Shown here piece by piece: positions 26,547 through 34,617 of a stretch of 36,406 nt of DNA; within the stretch, counting starts at the first letter, position 1, and each line of letters begins with the position of its first letter. Origin of the DNA: a virus (lineage: Duplodnaviria; Caudoviricetes). The translations under genes and the position numbers were made by a program. Location of the stretch: positions 1 to 36,406 of the IMG/VR virus record IMGVR_UViG_3300011336_000391; one strand, 5' to 3'. The notes under the pieces are model-generated. The model was not told the DNA's origin. It worked only from the letters and a program-made list of their open reading frames with translations, and ran no database searches.

Positions 26547-26728
26547 ACGCCATTATCACATAGATTCATATTTGAGGAAATTTCAATAACATATTGCTTG
26601 TCGCCCATAGCTACCCCAAGTTCAGCCACGTCTTTATGGGAACGCCTATATCCTGTATAGGAAATGCGGTATCCATTTTCTTCCAATAAATCACGAATTT
26701 TTCCACGCAACCTAATTAAATCGTTCAT
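26543..26728 (-). CDS. Hypothetical protein, last gene of the leftward arm
   Basis: MNDLIRLRGKIRDLLEENGY...; AGGGGG SD. Confidence 0.6.
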   Translation of the reverse strand: MNDLIRLRGKIRDLLEENGYRISYTGYRRSHKDVAELGVAMGDKQYVIEISSNMNLCDNGV

Positions 26729-26736
26729 ATTTCCCC

Positions 26737-27204
26737 CTAAATTAAAAACGCCCCTATCACCCCTCCTATCGTCCACTCGCTATTTCTCACGGTTTTTTCC
26801 CAACGCAATCCCCATAGGTAATACACCGCTCCATGCAGTAGTAGAATCGCCATAGCGGGCTTTCCCAACAGTATAAACGCCGGAAGGGCTGGCAATGCCC
26901 TCACCACCCCATAAAACACGCCCACGGCCTTCCCATCGAAGTTTAAGGCTATGTCCTGCATCCATTGGAATAGCCAATGGTCACGCCTGCCCGGTGGAAT
27001 CCCGTGAATCGCACTAAACAGCACATGCGTGGGAAAGCATCCCATGACGACAAACACCCATAGCCACAGCAGGGTTTGGGTAACGTACTGCGAATAAGCG
27101 TAAGCCAAGCCCGTCATGATAGCCAGCCATAGCCATCTAGGCGCATCCGTCCCGCGCTGGCGGAATAGGATGGCAGAAACAATCATGTTGATGAGGGTTA
27201 TCAC
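26737..27204 (-). CDS. Multi-pass membrane protein
   Basis: 155 aa with several Trp-rich hydrophobic segments. Confidence 0.65.
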   Translation of the reverse strand: MITLINMIVSAILFRQRGTDAPRWLWLAIMTGLAYAYSQYVTQTLLWLWVFVVMGCFPTHVLFSAIHGIPPGRRDHWLFQWMQDIALNFDGKAVGVFYGVVRALPALPAFILLGKPAMAILLLHGAVYYLWGLRWEKTVRNSEWTIGGVIGAFLI

Positions 27205-27437
27205 TTTTCTGAATCCTTATTTGATTTAAGATAGGCCTGATACTCCATCTCAATCTTCATTTTATCGCATTTGTATTTTAGTGCCTCTGGTACTTTGGAA
27301 TACAAATCGGAAAGTTCTCTCATGGTGTCGGCGAGCTGTTGAGCAAAATCCCGCGTTATGGTATCGGCTGGATAATCCCTAGCCCATTTTTCCGCTTCTG
27401 CAATCGACAATCTAATGGGTGTTGAATGATTCGTCAT
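27201..27437 (-). CDS. Hypothetical protein
   Basis: MTNHSTPIRLSIAEAEKWARDY...; start uncertain. Confidence 0.5.
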   Translation of the reverse strand: MTNHSTPIRLSIAEAEKWARDYPADTITRDFAQQLADTMRELSDLYSKVPEALKYKCDKMKIEMEYQAYLKSNKDSEK

Positions 27438-27600
27438 AAGCCCACGACATCCTATAGCGCTGCCCAATTTCCTTTCCCAGTATTCTCGATACACGCCTAG
27501 CTGAAACGCCCCATCCACCCATTGTGGCAATGAAGTCCCTCCAATATAAGCGCTCGTAGGCTACCCGGATATCTTCACTCAGCAGCTTATTCGTTGTCAT
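27412..27600 (-). CDS. Hypothetical protein
   Basis: 62-aa ORF, AAGGTG SD. Confidence 0.5.
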   Translation of the reverse strand: MTTNKLLSEDIRVAYERLYWRDFIATMGGWGVSARRVSRILGKEIGQRYRMSWAYDESFNTH

Positions 27601-27829
27601 TTCTAAGCACCTTTTCTAATCTTCCATATAAATCATATATGGCGCTCTGAATATTCATAATTTCCGCCCTCATTTTAGCCTTATCTGTAGAGCGTATTGC
27701 TTCCATTTCTCTCTTAAGATGGCTATTTTCAAAAGATAATAAATCAACGCCCCGCTTGACATCAATATAATCCCGAATTGCAACCGTGCTGCCATTATCA
27801 GTATTATTGAATCCTTGCTCAATTTCCAT
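27587..27829 (-). CDS. Hypothetical coiled-coil protein
   Basis: MEIEQGFNN...; GAGGA SD. Confidence 0.6.
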   Translation of the reverse strand: MEIEQGFNNTDNGSTVAIRDYIDVKRGVDLLSFENSHLKREMEAIRSTDKAKMRAEIMNIQSAIYDLYGRLEKVLRNDNE

Positions 27830-27950
27830 TTTGTTCCTCATATCTCGGTTGAAACCAGCTTCCCTGCGCTGGTGGTAGTTCTACCTGCGTACTCCACGCG
27901 ATGTAGGCAATGCAGAGGGAGAGCAGGAGGATGATTAGGGCGAATTTCAT
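27819..27950 (-). CDS. Small membrane/secreted peptide (43 aa)
   Basis: MKFALIILLLSLCIAYIAWS...; TAATG overlap with the poly-Gly gene stop. Confidence 0.55.
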   Translation of the reverse strand: MKFALIILLLSLCIAYIAWSTQVELPPAQGSWFQPRYEEQNGN

Positions 27951-28240
27951 TATCCGCCTCCACCGCCGCCGCCTCCACCGCCGCCTCCACCGCCGCCGCC
28001 TCCACCGCCGCCTCCACCGCCGCCTCCACCGCCGCCGCCTCCACCGCCGCCTCCACCGCCGCCTCCACCGCCGCCGCCTCCACCGCCAACGCCTAAATTT
28101 TCCCATTTGCTCCATGCAGCTACGCCATTGGTAGCAGAATCGTGTTGTCCTCGATATTTTTCTCCGCAAACAGCGCAGTAATGGCCGCCCCCTTGAGAAG
28201 CCACAATGGTATGGCCTGAAGCGCATTTTTCTTTAGTCAT
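27950..28240 (-). CDS. Small Cys/His protein with a 45-residue poly-glycine C-terminus
   Basis: AAGGAG SD; CASGH...CAVC then 45 consecutive Gly codons; coupled to neighbours by ATGA and TAATG. Confidence 0.7.
   Translation of the reverse strand: MTKEKCASGHTIVASQGGGHYCAVCGEKYRGQHDSATNGVAAWSKWENLGVGGGGGGGGGGGGGGGGGGGGGGGGGGGGGGGGGGGGGGGGGGGGG
27953..28087. repeat. GGN codon repeat (12- and 15-bp units, 39-bp higher-order period)
   Basis: tccaccgccgcc and tccaccgccgccgcc units in a 15,12,15,12,12,15,12,12,15 order. Confidence 0.95.
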
Positions 28241-28328
28241 AATAATCTCCTTATTATTTTAATCACAATATCCCCAACTCCATAGCCAAGCATAACGAAA
28301 AGAATCGCCGTGAGAATGTCTGCGGTTG

Positions 28329-28607
28329 TCATGATTTATCGCCTTTGGATTCGGATAACAGTTTAATGCCCATAACCACATATCCTTCTTGCTGCGCGAA
28401 TGAAGATATGTAGACCACTTCAACCCGCGCAGATTGTTGTCTACCGGGAGCAGCCCATTGAATTTCGCTATCCGGGTTATGCTCGTTTAGAAAAAGTGTA
28501 TCGCCCACCTGAAAATCGCGGTCATTCTTACGAATTTCAAACGTTTTTTGACCGCTTAAAATCCTCGGTAAAAACTGCTTATGAATTTTTAGCACATGCT
28601 CACTCAT
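28329..28607 (-). CDS. DUF3850 / ASCH-PUA domain protein
   Basis: HVLKI...F...ILSGQKTFEIRKNDRDFQVGDTL.LNE...GYVVMGI. Confidence 0.85.
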   Translation of the reverse strand: MSEHVLKIHKQFLPRILSGQKTFEIRKNDRDFQVGDTLFLNEHNPDSEIQWAAPGRQQSARVEVVYISSFAQQEGYVVMGIKLLSESKGDKS

Positions 28608-29278
28608 GGTTGCTGGCCTTCTATTTGATTTAACTGGCTCTGGTAAAAGTCATGCGCTCGGCCTAATTCGGCGCGTATGTAATCCTGCCACCAAGAAACA
28701 TCTCCGCCACCGCCATCACCTAGAAGGCCAGCGTCATAATAGTCGAGAGATACCGATTCCCGCTTGGGTGGAGGGAGCAGTTCAAGCACCTCTTTGTATG
28801 CCTTCCAATCCTCGTTCACATGGCTTGCGTCATAGCCTCGACTTCCCATGTGATGCCCGCGCCACCAAACACTGCGATAGAAACTTTCCATCGTCTCGTG
28901 CGGCGGTATCCCGACCGGCTGTTCGGGTCGCAGCCTTTCTTCTTCATTCCGGCAATCCGGGCAAAACGGGTATGTGCTATAGCGGGGGTGCTTTTTACAC
29001 ATATCCCCACCCATCACCGGCTTGGGTGTAGTTGCCTCAGATAGATAAAATCGGATAGCGTTACGCAGGGCGGCATCACGGTCGCACATAGTTTCATCGG
29101 TATCGTATCGCCATGCTCCGAAAGCACTTTCAAAGGCATCTTCGTCCAATAACGGCATGTCATCGCATATCTCACACGATTTAATGCATTCTTTTGGTTT
29201 ATTAACGCCGTCACAGTCATCATGATAAACACATGCCGGACACCGTATCAGCGATACGGAACCCTTATCTTCACTCAT
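28604..29278 (-). CDS. Modular Ead/Ea22-like accessory protein
   Basis: Several Cys clusters plus C-terminal YYDAGLLGDGGGGDVSWWQDYIRAELGRAHDFYQSQ, a module typical of such proteins. Confidence 0.55.
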   Translation of the reverse strand: MSEDKGSVSLIRCPACVYHDDCDGVNKPKECIKSCEICDDMPLLDEDAFESAFGAWRYDTDETMCDRDAALRNAIRFYLSEATTPKPVMGGDMCKKHPRYSTYPFCPDCRNEEERLRPEQPVGIPPHETMESFYRSVWWRGHHMGSRGYDASHVNEDWKAYKEVLELLPPPKRESVSLDYYDAGLLGDGGGGDVSWWQDYIRAELGRAHDFYQSQLNQIEGQQP

Positions 29279-29475
29279 ACTGCTTCCTTCCATATACGAC
29301 CGCTTATAACAGCGCCGAGATTACTTGGTTTAACATTATATTCTTTTGCCAATTCTGCCTGTGTTATACCGCCAGCGGCAAAACGGCTCCTAATTTCCCT
29401 AGCCTTATCCATGCTTAGTTTCGTATTTCGCTGATTTCTTGTTTGGTGGATTTTCAGCATCCAAATGCAATTATC
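29275..29475 (-). pseudogene. C-terminal fragment of an HNH homing endonuclease (DNA-binding HTH)
   Basis: DNCIWMLKIHQTRNQRNTKLSMDKAREIR...TQAELAKEYNV....GAVISGRIWK; N-terminal HNH half missing. Confidence 0.55.
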
Positions 29476-29609
29476 TTTGTCTTTGGGTGGTAATCATAGA
29501 TACCGAAGCGCAAGGCTTTGCATACTATGTACTGCACCTCGGCGCACTCCTCAGCAATCCTGACAAGGGCATCATGGGCATTGGTAGGCTGATACTTTGG
29601 GTCTGTCAT
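29454..29609 (-). pseudogene. Truncated MazG-like nucleotide pyrophosphohydrolase
   Basis: LVRIAEECAEVQYIVCKALRFG...HP, stops at 51 aa before the second acidic helix. Confidence 0.5.
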
Positions 29610-29831
29610 AATCTACTTTCGATATTATCTTCAGTTGGGTGACAGCGGGCTATGCGCTACATAGCTGGAATAGGCACCCGTTTCCGTGCGCTGCCTCCGG
29701 TTGTTCAGGAATTTGTTTATCCGACCTATGCAACCGGTTTTAATCCCGCTTGCTGCGAACCCTGCCAGTGCGTCCCCGTACTGTGGTTTTCCCCTATTCA
29801 CCGCCGTCATAAATCACCCTATAAATACTCG

Positions 29832-30236
29832 TTATGCCGCTTTTTCGGTATATTCCTCGGCATCATTCCAAACTTCTCGCGCTACGTTTCCAAGCAGTGC
29901 GTCAATGTCGATAAAATCATGTTCAGCTTTCGGGGAGTCATAACGTGAAGTAAAGACATATGGCGCTGTGTGGCCGCTTTTAGGCGTGTTCCACAATTGC
30001 ATGACATCCTCGACTGGCTTCAATGCTTCTTTTAACCAAGTCAGAATAGCCCATGAATCGTCAAACCAACGCATATGGTGTATTTCTACGCCATCTTTGA
30101 ATGTGTCCTGTGCATGGGACTTTAACACCTCTGTCACCAGTTCAAGGCGGGGAGGATTATTATAGGGGTGCTGAGTCACAGCAAATTTAGCCATGTTCCC
30201 GATAATATCAGTCTTTGAAACAAGTCTTTTTTCCAT
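29832..30236 (-). CDS. Hypothetical protein
   Basis: 134 aa from the ATG at 30236, same orientation as the operon. Confidence 0.65.
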   Translation of the reverse strand: MEKRLVSKTDIIGNMAKFAVTQHPYNNPPRLELVTEVLKSHAQDTFKDGVEIHHMRWFDDSWAILTWLKEALKPVEDVMQLWNTPKSGHTAPYVFTSRYDSPKAEHDFIDIDALLGNVAREVWNDAEEYTEKAA

Positions 30237-30240
30237 ATCA

Positions 30241-30777
30241 TCACCCAAGGTTATTATCGGTGTTCATTTTAAATGCCGGACAATCATGTAGCTTTATTCT
30301 TGCATTACGGTATGCGGCGGAAGCATCGTCTAGAGTTGGAAACAGCCCTAAATAATACATAACATTATTGGCCTTAATCCTTGCCCCGTATTTTCCCGAA
30401 ACTGTTTTATTCACTCCGGTAGGCATCCCGCTGGCATTTGGCTTGCGGAAGACATAATTCTGATTATTCTGCGAGCTGGTGGCCTGCCTCAAGTTTTCAA
30501 TCCTATTGTCTAAACCGTTGCCGTTAATGTGGTCTATGCTCTGTTCCGGCCAAACACCATAGACATAAAACCACGCTAGATGATGCGCGTAAACGGCTTG
30601 CTTAAAAAGCCTCACCATCAAATACCCGTCCTGAAACTTACCCGCTTGTTTATGTAAAACACGGCGAGAATTTCTCGGTGTGTCTAGCCATACAAAATCC
30701 CCAGACTCAGCATGGTAATACATCACGCTCTTTAGTTCGTCTAAAGTAAACCTAGGTCTATTTATGGTTTTAGGCAT
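30241..30777 (-). CDS. HNH-AP2 homing endonuclease
   Basis: YAHHLAWFYVYGVWP..SIDHINGNGLDNRIENLR..T..QN..N, then AP2-like YLGLFPTLDDASAAY. Confidence 0.9.
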   Translation of the reverse strand: MPKTINRPRFTLDELKSVMYYHAESGDFVWLDTPRNSRRVLHKQAGKFQDGYLMVRLFKQAVYAHHLAWFYVYGVWPEQSIDHINGNGLDNRIENLRQATSSQNNQNYVFRKPNASGMPTGVNKTVSGKYGARIKANNVMYYLGLFPTLDDASAAYRNARIKLHDCPAFKMNTDNNLG

Positions 30778-30793
30778 CCGTACCGTCTTTTGG

Positions 30794-30955
30794 TTACTTT
30801 TGGTTTTTCAATACTTCGGCAACAGCCTTAATCGCCTCAATCTCGCGCTCGTCACGTTCATCACGGAAGATGCGGCGGGTTACGCCAGCCTCACCGAGTG
30901 TTACCGCATCAGCCACAAGACCAAATGGTAGCGCAATTAGGTTTGTCAGTTTCAT
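30794..30955 (-). CDS. Small hypothetical protein (53 aa)
   Basis: MKLTNLIALPFGLVADAVTLGE...; GAGGG SD. Confidence 0.55.
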   Translation of the reverse strand: MKLTNLIALPFGLVADAVTLGEAGVTRRIFRDERDEREIEAIKAVAEVLKNQK

Positions 30956-30982
30956 CTTGTTATCCCTCACTCGGTTTCAGTG

Positions 30983-31162
30983 TTAAGCAGCATCTTCCCA
31001 TAAATGGGCGTATCTGCATCTTAAATCGGCAATCGCCGCTTCTTTCGTGCCGCCCCATCCGGCGTAGTGGCCTTCGCAATCGGCGTAGGTCGCACACCAG
31101 TCCCATCCCCTGACGGGAATTGGAGGGCATACATAGTCAGTTACGATTTTCGGCTCAGTCAT
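30983..31162 (-). CDS. Small phage hypothetical protein (59 aa)
   Basis: YVCPPIPVRGWDWCA...GWGGTKEAAIADL; GGAG SD; ATGA overlap. Confidence 0.6.
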   Translation of the reverse strand: MTEPKIVTDYVCPPIPVRGWDWCATYADCEGHYAGWGGTKEAAIADLRCRYAHLWEDAA

Positions 31163-31461
31163 TTCTTATACTCCACCATTGGGTGATCTTTATGTAAATC
31201 GGACTGATGTAGAATGTATTTTTTCCCGTTCATTTGAATTATATAATATGGATATTTTCCGTGAGGATATTTCATTTGACATGCCTTCGCTACAAAACGC
31301 CCTGTTTTAGCGTCTTTCTTAAATAGCCAGCCGGTTTCATTGCAGTAGTATTTCGGGAAGTTAGTCATTTGTTCGTATGCCATAACTACTGCTCTTTGGT
31401 TCGTAGGATTGCGTTCATACGTTCCCCTGGCGTTGAAAATCCTCGTATGCTTTGACATCAT
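31159..31461 (-). CDS. Hypothetical protein
   Basis: 100-aa ORF; start uncertain. Confidence 0.55.
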   Translation of the reverse strand: MMSKHTRIFNARGTYERNPTNQRAVVMAYEQMTNFPKYYCNETGWLFKKDAKTGRFVAKACQMKYPHGKYPYYIIQMNGKKYILHQSDLHKDHPMVEYKK

Positions 31462-31603
31462 CGAGGCGGTAACGTACCAAGCCGCCGATTTTTACATAAG
31501 GCACTCCTTCATTAAGCCAGCGCCAGCGTTCCAGTGTGCGTAGCGATATGCCCCAACGCTGCGCCACTTCTTTCGGTTGTAAAAAGACAGGCTTGTCAGT
31601 CAT
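31415..31603 (-). CDS. Excisionase-like HTH_17 DNA-binding protein
   Basis: FLQPKEVAQRWGISLRTLERWR....GVPYVKIGGLVRYRLDDVKAYE. Confidence 0.8.
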   Translation of the reverse strand: MTDKPVFLQPKEVAQRWGISLRTLERWRWLNEGVPYVKIGGLVRYRLDDVKAYEDFQRQGNV

Positions 31604-31782
31604 AAACCTATCGCCTTCTGCAAAGCAGCGGTTTCCAACTCTACAACCGCCCATGACACAGCCCATGCAAGCGACTTGGTTTCTGACTTGGTGGATTCGT
31701 CCTTGAAAGAATCAGCCAATCCGTTCAGCACGATTGCCGCTTTCTTCAAAGCCAATATCCGATATTTATCTTCCAATTCCAT
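31600..31782 (-). CDS. Hypothetical protein
   Basis: 60 aa, ATGA overlap with the Xis-like gene. Confidence 0.55.
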   Translation of the reverse strand: MELEDKYRILALKKAAIVLNGLADSFKDESTKSETKSLAWAVSWAVVELETAALQKAIGL

Positions 31783-31798
31783 GTCGCTACTCTCAAAT

Positions 31799-32008
31799 TC
31801 AGTTCCGGTAATCCGGTGTTATTTTAACGTAACTCACTTTCGGATTAATCCCCATCGCCTTTAACAGCCTTTTCGATGGTGGACTTTTCCCATTTATTAC
31901 CTGACTCACATACCCAGCGGAGAACCCGTTAGCCAACGCAAACTTACGCATACTGCCAGCCTTCTCACACATGGTATCTAATCGTTTTAGCACTTCATCT
32001 TTTGTCAT
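31799..32008 (-). CDS. XRE-family HTH protein
   Basis: GSMRKFALANGFSAGYVSQVINGKSPPSKRLLKAMGI. Confidence 0.75.
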   Translation of the reverse strand: MTKDEVLKRLDTMCEKAGSMRKFALANGFSAGYVSQVINGKSPPSKRLLKAMGINPKVSYVKITPDYRN

Positions 32009-32039
32009 ATATAGTGTTTAGCAAACAATAAGCATAGAG

Positions 32040-32840
32040 TCAACAGTTATTTTCACATTGTTGCTTTGATAAATTCCGCCGCGACTTGCGGTACGATTGC
32101 ATTGCCAAAGCCGGAGGAACACACTCTAGCCATGTGCTTGGATACCCCATAAGCCAGCACTGGAATTGTGGGTTCAATATTCCTTGCGTACCCGTCGGGG
32201 CATCTGAGCCACCACAACCCTGTGCTAGCATCGACAAATTTATCTGTTTGCCCATCGCTACCCGGCGCTGTATGCAAGGATTCTCCCATCTCCCCCTGTC
32301 CCGATTGTCCGAGGCTTGGAGTGTCGGCCATAGGCCGAATATCACTTGCTCCCGCAAATTGGCTGGAGTTCTCCGATTCCTTCGTCCGTGTGTGAACTGC
32401 CTTACCATCGCTTCCTTGCTCCTCGGAGGTAGGCTGTCCATTGTATTCGGCGTCGCCCACAAAGAAAATCCTGTCTCTGCCATGCCCCCTTTGACCCGAT
32501 ATAGCTGGCAATACCGCAGACCCAAAGGCGTAACCTTTATCCTCCATCCCTTGCTGAACATCATCAAGCCATCCGTGGGCAATTGCGCTAACAACTTGCT
32601 CTCCAAAGACTGTTGAAGGCAGACGCTCCGCAATGAGCTTGTACCAGTACGGCCAGAGATGACGCTCATCTTCTTTTCCTTTCCGGCGTCCTGCGTTGCT
32701 AAAGGGCTGGCAGGGGCAGCTTCCTGTCCAAACAGGTCGAGTGTCGTCCCATCCAGCGAGGCGCAAGGCGTAGCTCCAACCTCCGATACCTGCGAAGAAA
32801 TGACATTGCTCGTATCCTCTAAGGTCATCCGTTCGGACAT
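32040..32840 (-). CDS. Nested alternative-frame ORF: putative second (TRD + motif IX) subunit of the C5 methyltransferase
   Basis: 266 aa, ATG preceded by GAGAGGAG; LWATPNTMD, LWPTLQASD, LNPQFQCWLMGYPSTW. Confidence 0.65.
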   Translation of the reverse strand: MSERMTLEDTSNVISSQVSEVGATPCASLDGTTLDLFGQEAAPASPLATQDAGKEKKMSVISGRTGTSSLRSVCLQQSLESKLLAQLPTDGLMMFSKGWRIKVTPLGLRYCQLYRVKGGMAETGFSLWATPNTMDSLPPRSKEAMVRQFTHGRRNRRTPANLREQVIFGLWPTLQASDNRDRGRWENPCIQRRVAMGKQINLSMLAQGCGGSDAPTGTQGILNPQFQCWLMGYPSTWLECVPPALAMQSYRKSRRNLSKQQCENNC

Positions 32841-32949
32841 CTACAATACTCCTCTCATCAACATCACCCGGCGCAATGTGGCCAGCCGCAATAAGGTTGC
32901 GTAGCCACTGGGCGGCATAGGGGTCAAATTCGTTGTAATAAGCTGGCAT
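32053..32949 (-). CDS. DNA (cytosine-5) methyltransferase, catalytic subunit
   Basis: FFAGIGG (I), GSCPCQPFS (IV), GEQV (VI), HGRDRIFFV (VIII), GNAIVPQVA (X). Confidence 0.9.
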   Translation of the reverse strand: MPAYYNEFDPYAAQWLRNLIAAGHIAPGDVDERSIVDVRTDDLRGYEQCHFFAGIGGWSYALRLAGWDDTRPVWTGSCPCQPFSNAGRRKGKEDERHLWPYWYKLIAERLPSTVFGEQVVSAIAHGWLDDVQQGMEDKGYAFGSAVLPAISGQRGHGRDRIFFVGDAEYNGQPTSEEQGSDGKAVHTRTKESENSSQFAGASDIRPMADTPSLGQSGQGEMGESLHTAPGSDGQTDKFVDASTGLWWLRCPDGYARNIEPTIPVLAYGVSKHMARVCSSGFGNAIVPQVAAEFIKATM

Positions 32950-33147
32950 GGCACTACAATGATTCCCTCGTCCTGTTTAGTATCTCTTTGCAGATTTGAA
33001 GCGCCTCTGCGGGGAAACCCATTTCTAGAAAGCGAATTGCGTCCTTTGCTTGGCTGTGATTATTTCTTTTACTGAGCTGCAATTCTTCAATTTCCCTAAG
33101 TAAATCCCTGTGCATGTCGTCTGTTAGCATAATGACATCCCTACATT

Positions 33148-33348
33148 TTACTTGCGTGTTTTACGCTTAGTTACCTCGTTAAAAACTTTCACCCCGCCTT
33201 CTATCGGAGCGACACAAATAGCATTTGCCTTGTCCTGTAAAAAAGAATCAAAATCTTCGTGAGGGATAATCATTTCACCGTATTTGATTGCGTATCTTTG
33301 CAAGGCACACATAAAAATCATCATGTTAAGTTGGTCTGCTTTTTTCAT
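33148..33348 (-). CDS. Hypothetical protein
   Basis: 66-aa ORF in operon orientation. Confidence 0.55.
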   Translation of the reverse strand: MKKADQLNMMIFMCALQRYAIKYGEMIIPHEDFDSFLQDKANAICVAPIEGGVKVFNEVTKRKTRK

Positions 33349-33558
33349 AAAGTTACCCTACCACTAAATTGTTCATCTTCACTCATATCAATATCCCCTC
33401 CCATTGCTTCGCGGCGATTTCAGCTTGTTTCTTATTTGCATAGCGTTTCTTTTTTACCATGATCGGCTGGCGGTAGGATTTTTGCCTTGTTCGATGTGGC
33501 CTAGCCATGAAGATGACAACCCTTCCGATAATCGTAGCATAAAATGGCTTGTCATGGG

Positions 33559-33807
33559 TCATAAAATCTCCCTATCGGCTTCATACTTTGCCATTTCCTG
33601 TTTATGCAGCAACACATGAACTTGAGCTAGTTTTAGGCTAAGGATATTTTTAGCCCTCACCATGACGGAGTAAATTTCCGTGTATTTGTCTATCGCTGCG
33701 ACAATCTCCTCAGGCGGCATGATTTCCAGTTGATCTATGCAATCATTCATTTCATCAATACTTCCGAGAATACAGTCATCTTGATGTAAATATATAATAT
33801 CAGCCAT
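33559..33807 (-). CDS. Hypothetical protein
   Basis: MADIIYLHQ...; GGGGAG SD. Confidence 0.6.
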   Translation of the reverse strand: MADIIYLHQDDCILGSIDEMNDCIDQLEIMPPEEIVAAIDKYTEIYSVMVRAKNILSLKLAQVHVLLHKQEMAKYEADREIL

Positions 33808-34231
33808 GTAACTCCCCATAATGTTCAATTTCTAGTATCGGATAACCTTCTGTTGCCATCCAGCCGGTGATCGCTGTTAAATATGCCGCCATTTGAGAAA
33901 GGCTCATTTCCTTTGATCTCATCGGCCTTGTGTAAATCGTCCCGTCCAGTCTTTTTCCTGTAACCATAGGAGCAAATTGCGCTAGTAAATCCTCGTGTAT
34001 CTGCTCTTTCGATAGAGGGTCGCCAAGCTCAAGCCGATAAGCCCTTACAGCCGGGATGACTGCCACCCAGTAATAGGCGTTTTGCGATAAGCTCCTTGCT
34101 TCTTTGGCCTCCTCAATCGTCAACCTTATCAATTTATCCGCATACATTGGGAACAGCCTTGAAAGCATTTCCCTTGTGCCGGGGAAAAGCTTGCCATCTG
34201 GCTGTATGCGGAATGAGAGGGTTTTTTTCAT
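33800..34231 (-). CDS. NinB-like recombination accessory protein
   Basis: RSLSQNAYYW...IHEDL...SKEMSLSQMAAYL..I pattern. Confidence 0.65.
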   Translation of the reverse strand: MKKTLSFRIQPDGKLFPGTREMLSRLFPMYADKLIRLTIEEAKEARSLSQNAYYWVAVIPAVRAYRLELGDPLSKEQIHEDLLAQFAPMVTGKRLDGTIYTRPMRSKEMSLSQMAAYLTAITGWMATEGYPILEIEHYGELHG

Positions 34232-34617
34232 TTCCTGACCTTAGCTTTATAAGATAATTTTCCGCTGCCAGTTTCTACGCAAGCCCAGTTCACATGATTG
34301 CCGGATGCGATATATTCCTTGATTTCTTTCAGCTTTGGCTTGCGCTCGATCTTGCAAAATTCATCTGGTACAGCATCAGGATTCTCGACTTTGACCGATT
34401 CTCTGCCCTTGGTGAAATATAAAACATAGTCTATGAGTTCGCCAGCTATGGTTTCCTCTAAAACCCCGCTTTCATTCATTTCATTGGCTATTGCCAATTG
34501 TGCGTCATCGGCTTCCGCCTGCTGCTTTTTGATTTCATTCTCAATGTCCGACAAGCGATTCTTTAGATCAAAAATTGCATTGTCTGCTGTTACCCAGCGT
34601 ATAAAATACTCTTTCAT
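34228..34617 (-). CDS. Siphovirus Gp157-like protein
   Basis: Coiled coil then SVKVENPDAVPDEFCKIERKPKLKEIKEYI..G..V; next to Erf. Confidence 0.65.
   Translation of the reverse strand: MKEYFIRWVTADNAIFDLKNRLSDIENEIKKQQAEADDAQLAIANEMNESGVLEETIAGELIDYVLYFTKGRESVKVENPDAVPDEFCKIERKPKLKEIKEYIASGNHVNWACVETGSGKLSYKAKVRK

Noticed and set aside
27819-28226. Arg/Trp-rich, AAVE-repeat and RRLH-repeat ORFs
   Set aside because: Shadow frames of the GGN tract; the Gly frame has the strong SD and start/stop coupling on both sides.
29660-29810. tRNA or bona fide c-di-GMP-I riboswitch
   Set aside because: No complete T-loop or cloverleaf, and only fragments of the riboswitch consensus with wrong spacing; kept only as a generic ncRNA candidate.
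31415-31603. Integration module or attP near the Xis-like gene
   Set aside because: No tyrosine or serine recombinase ORF was recognised anywhere in the window.
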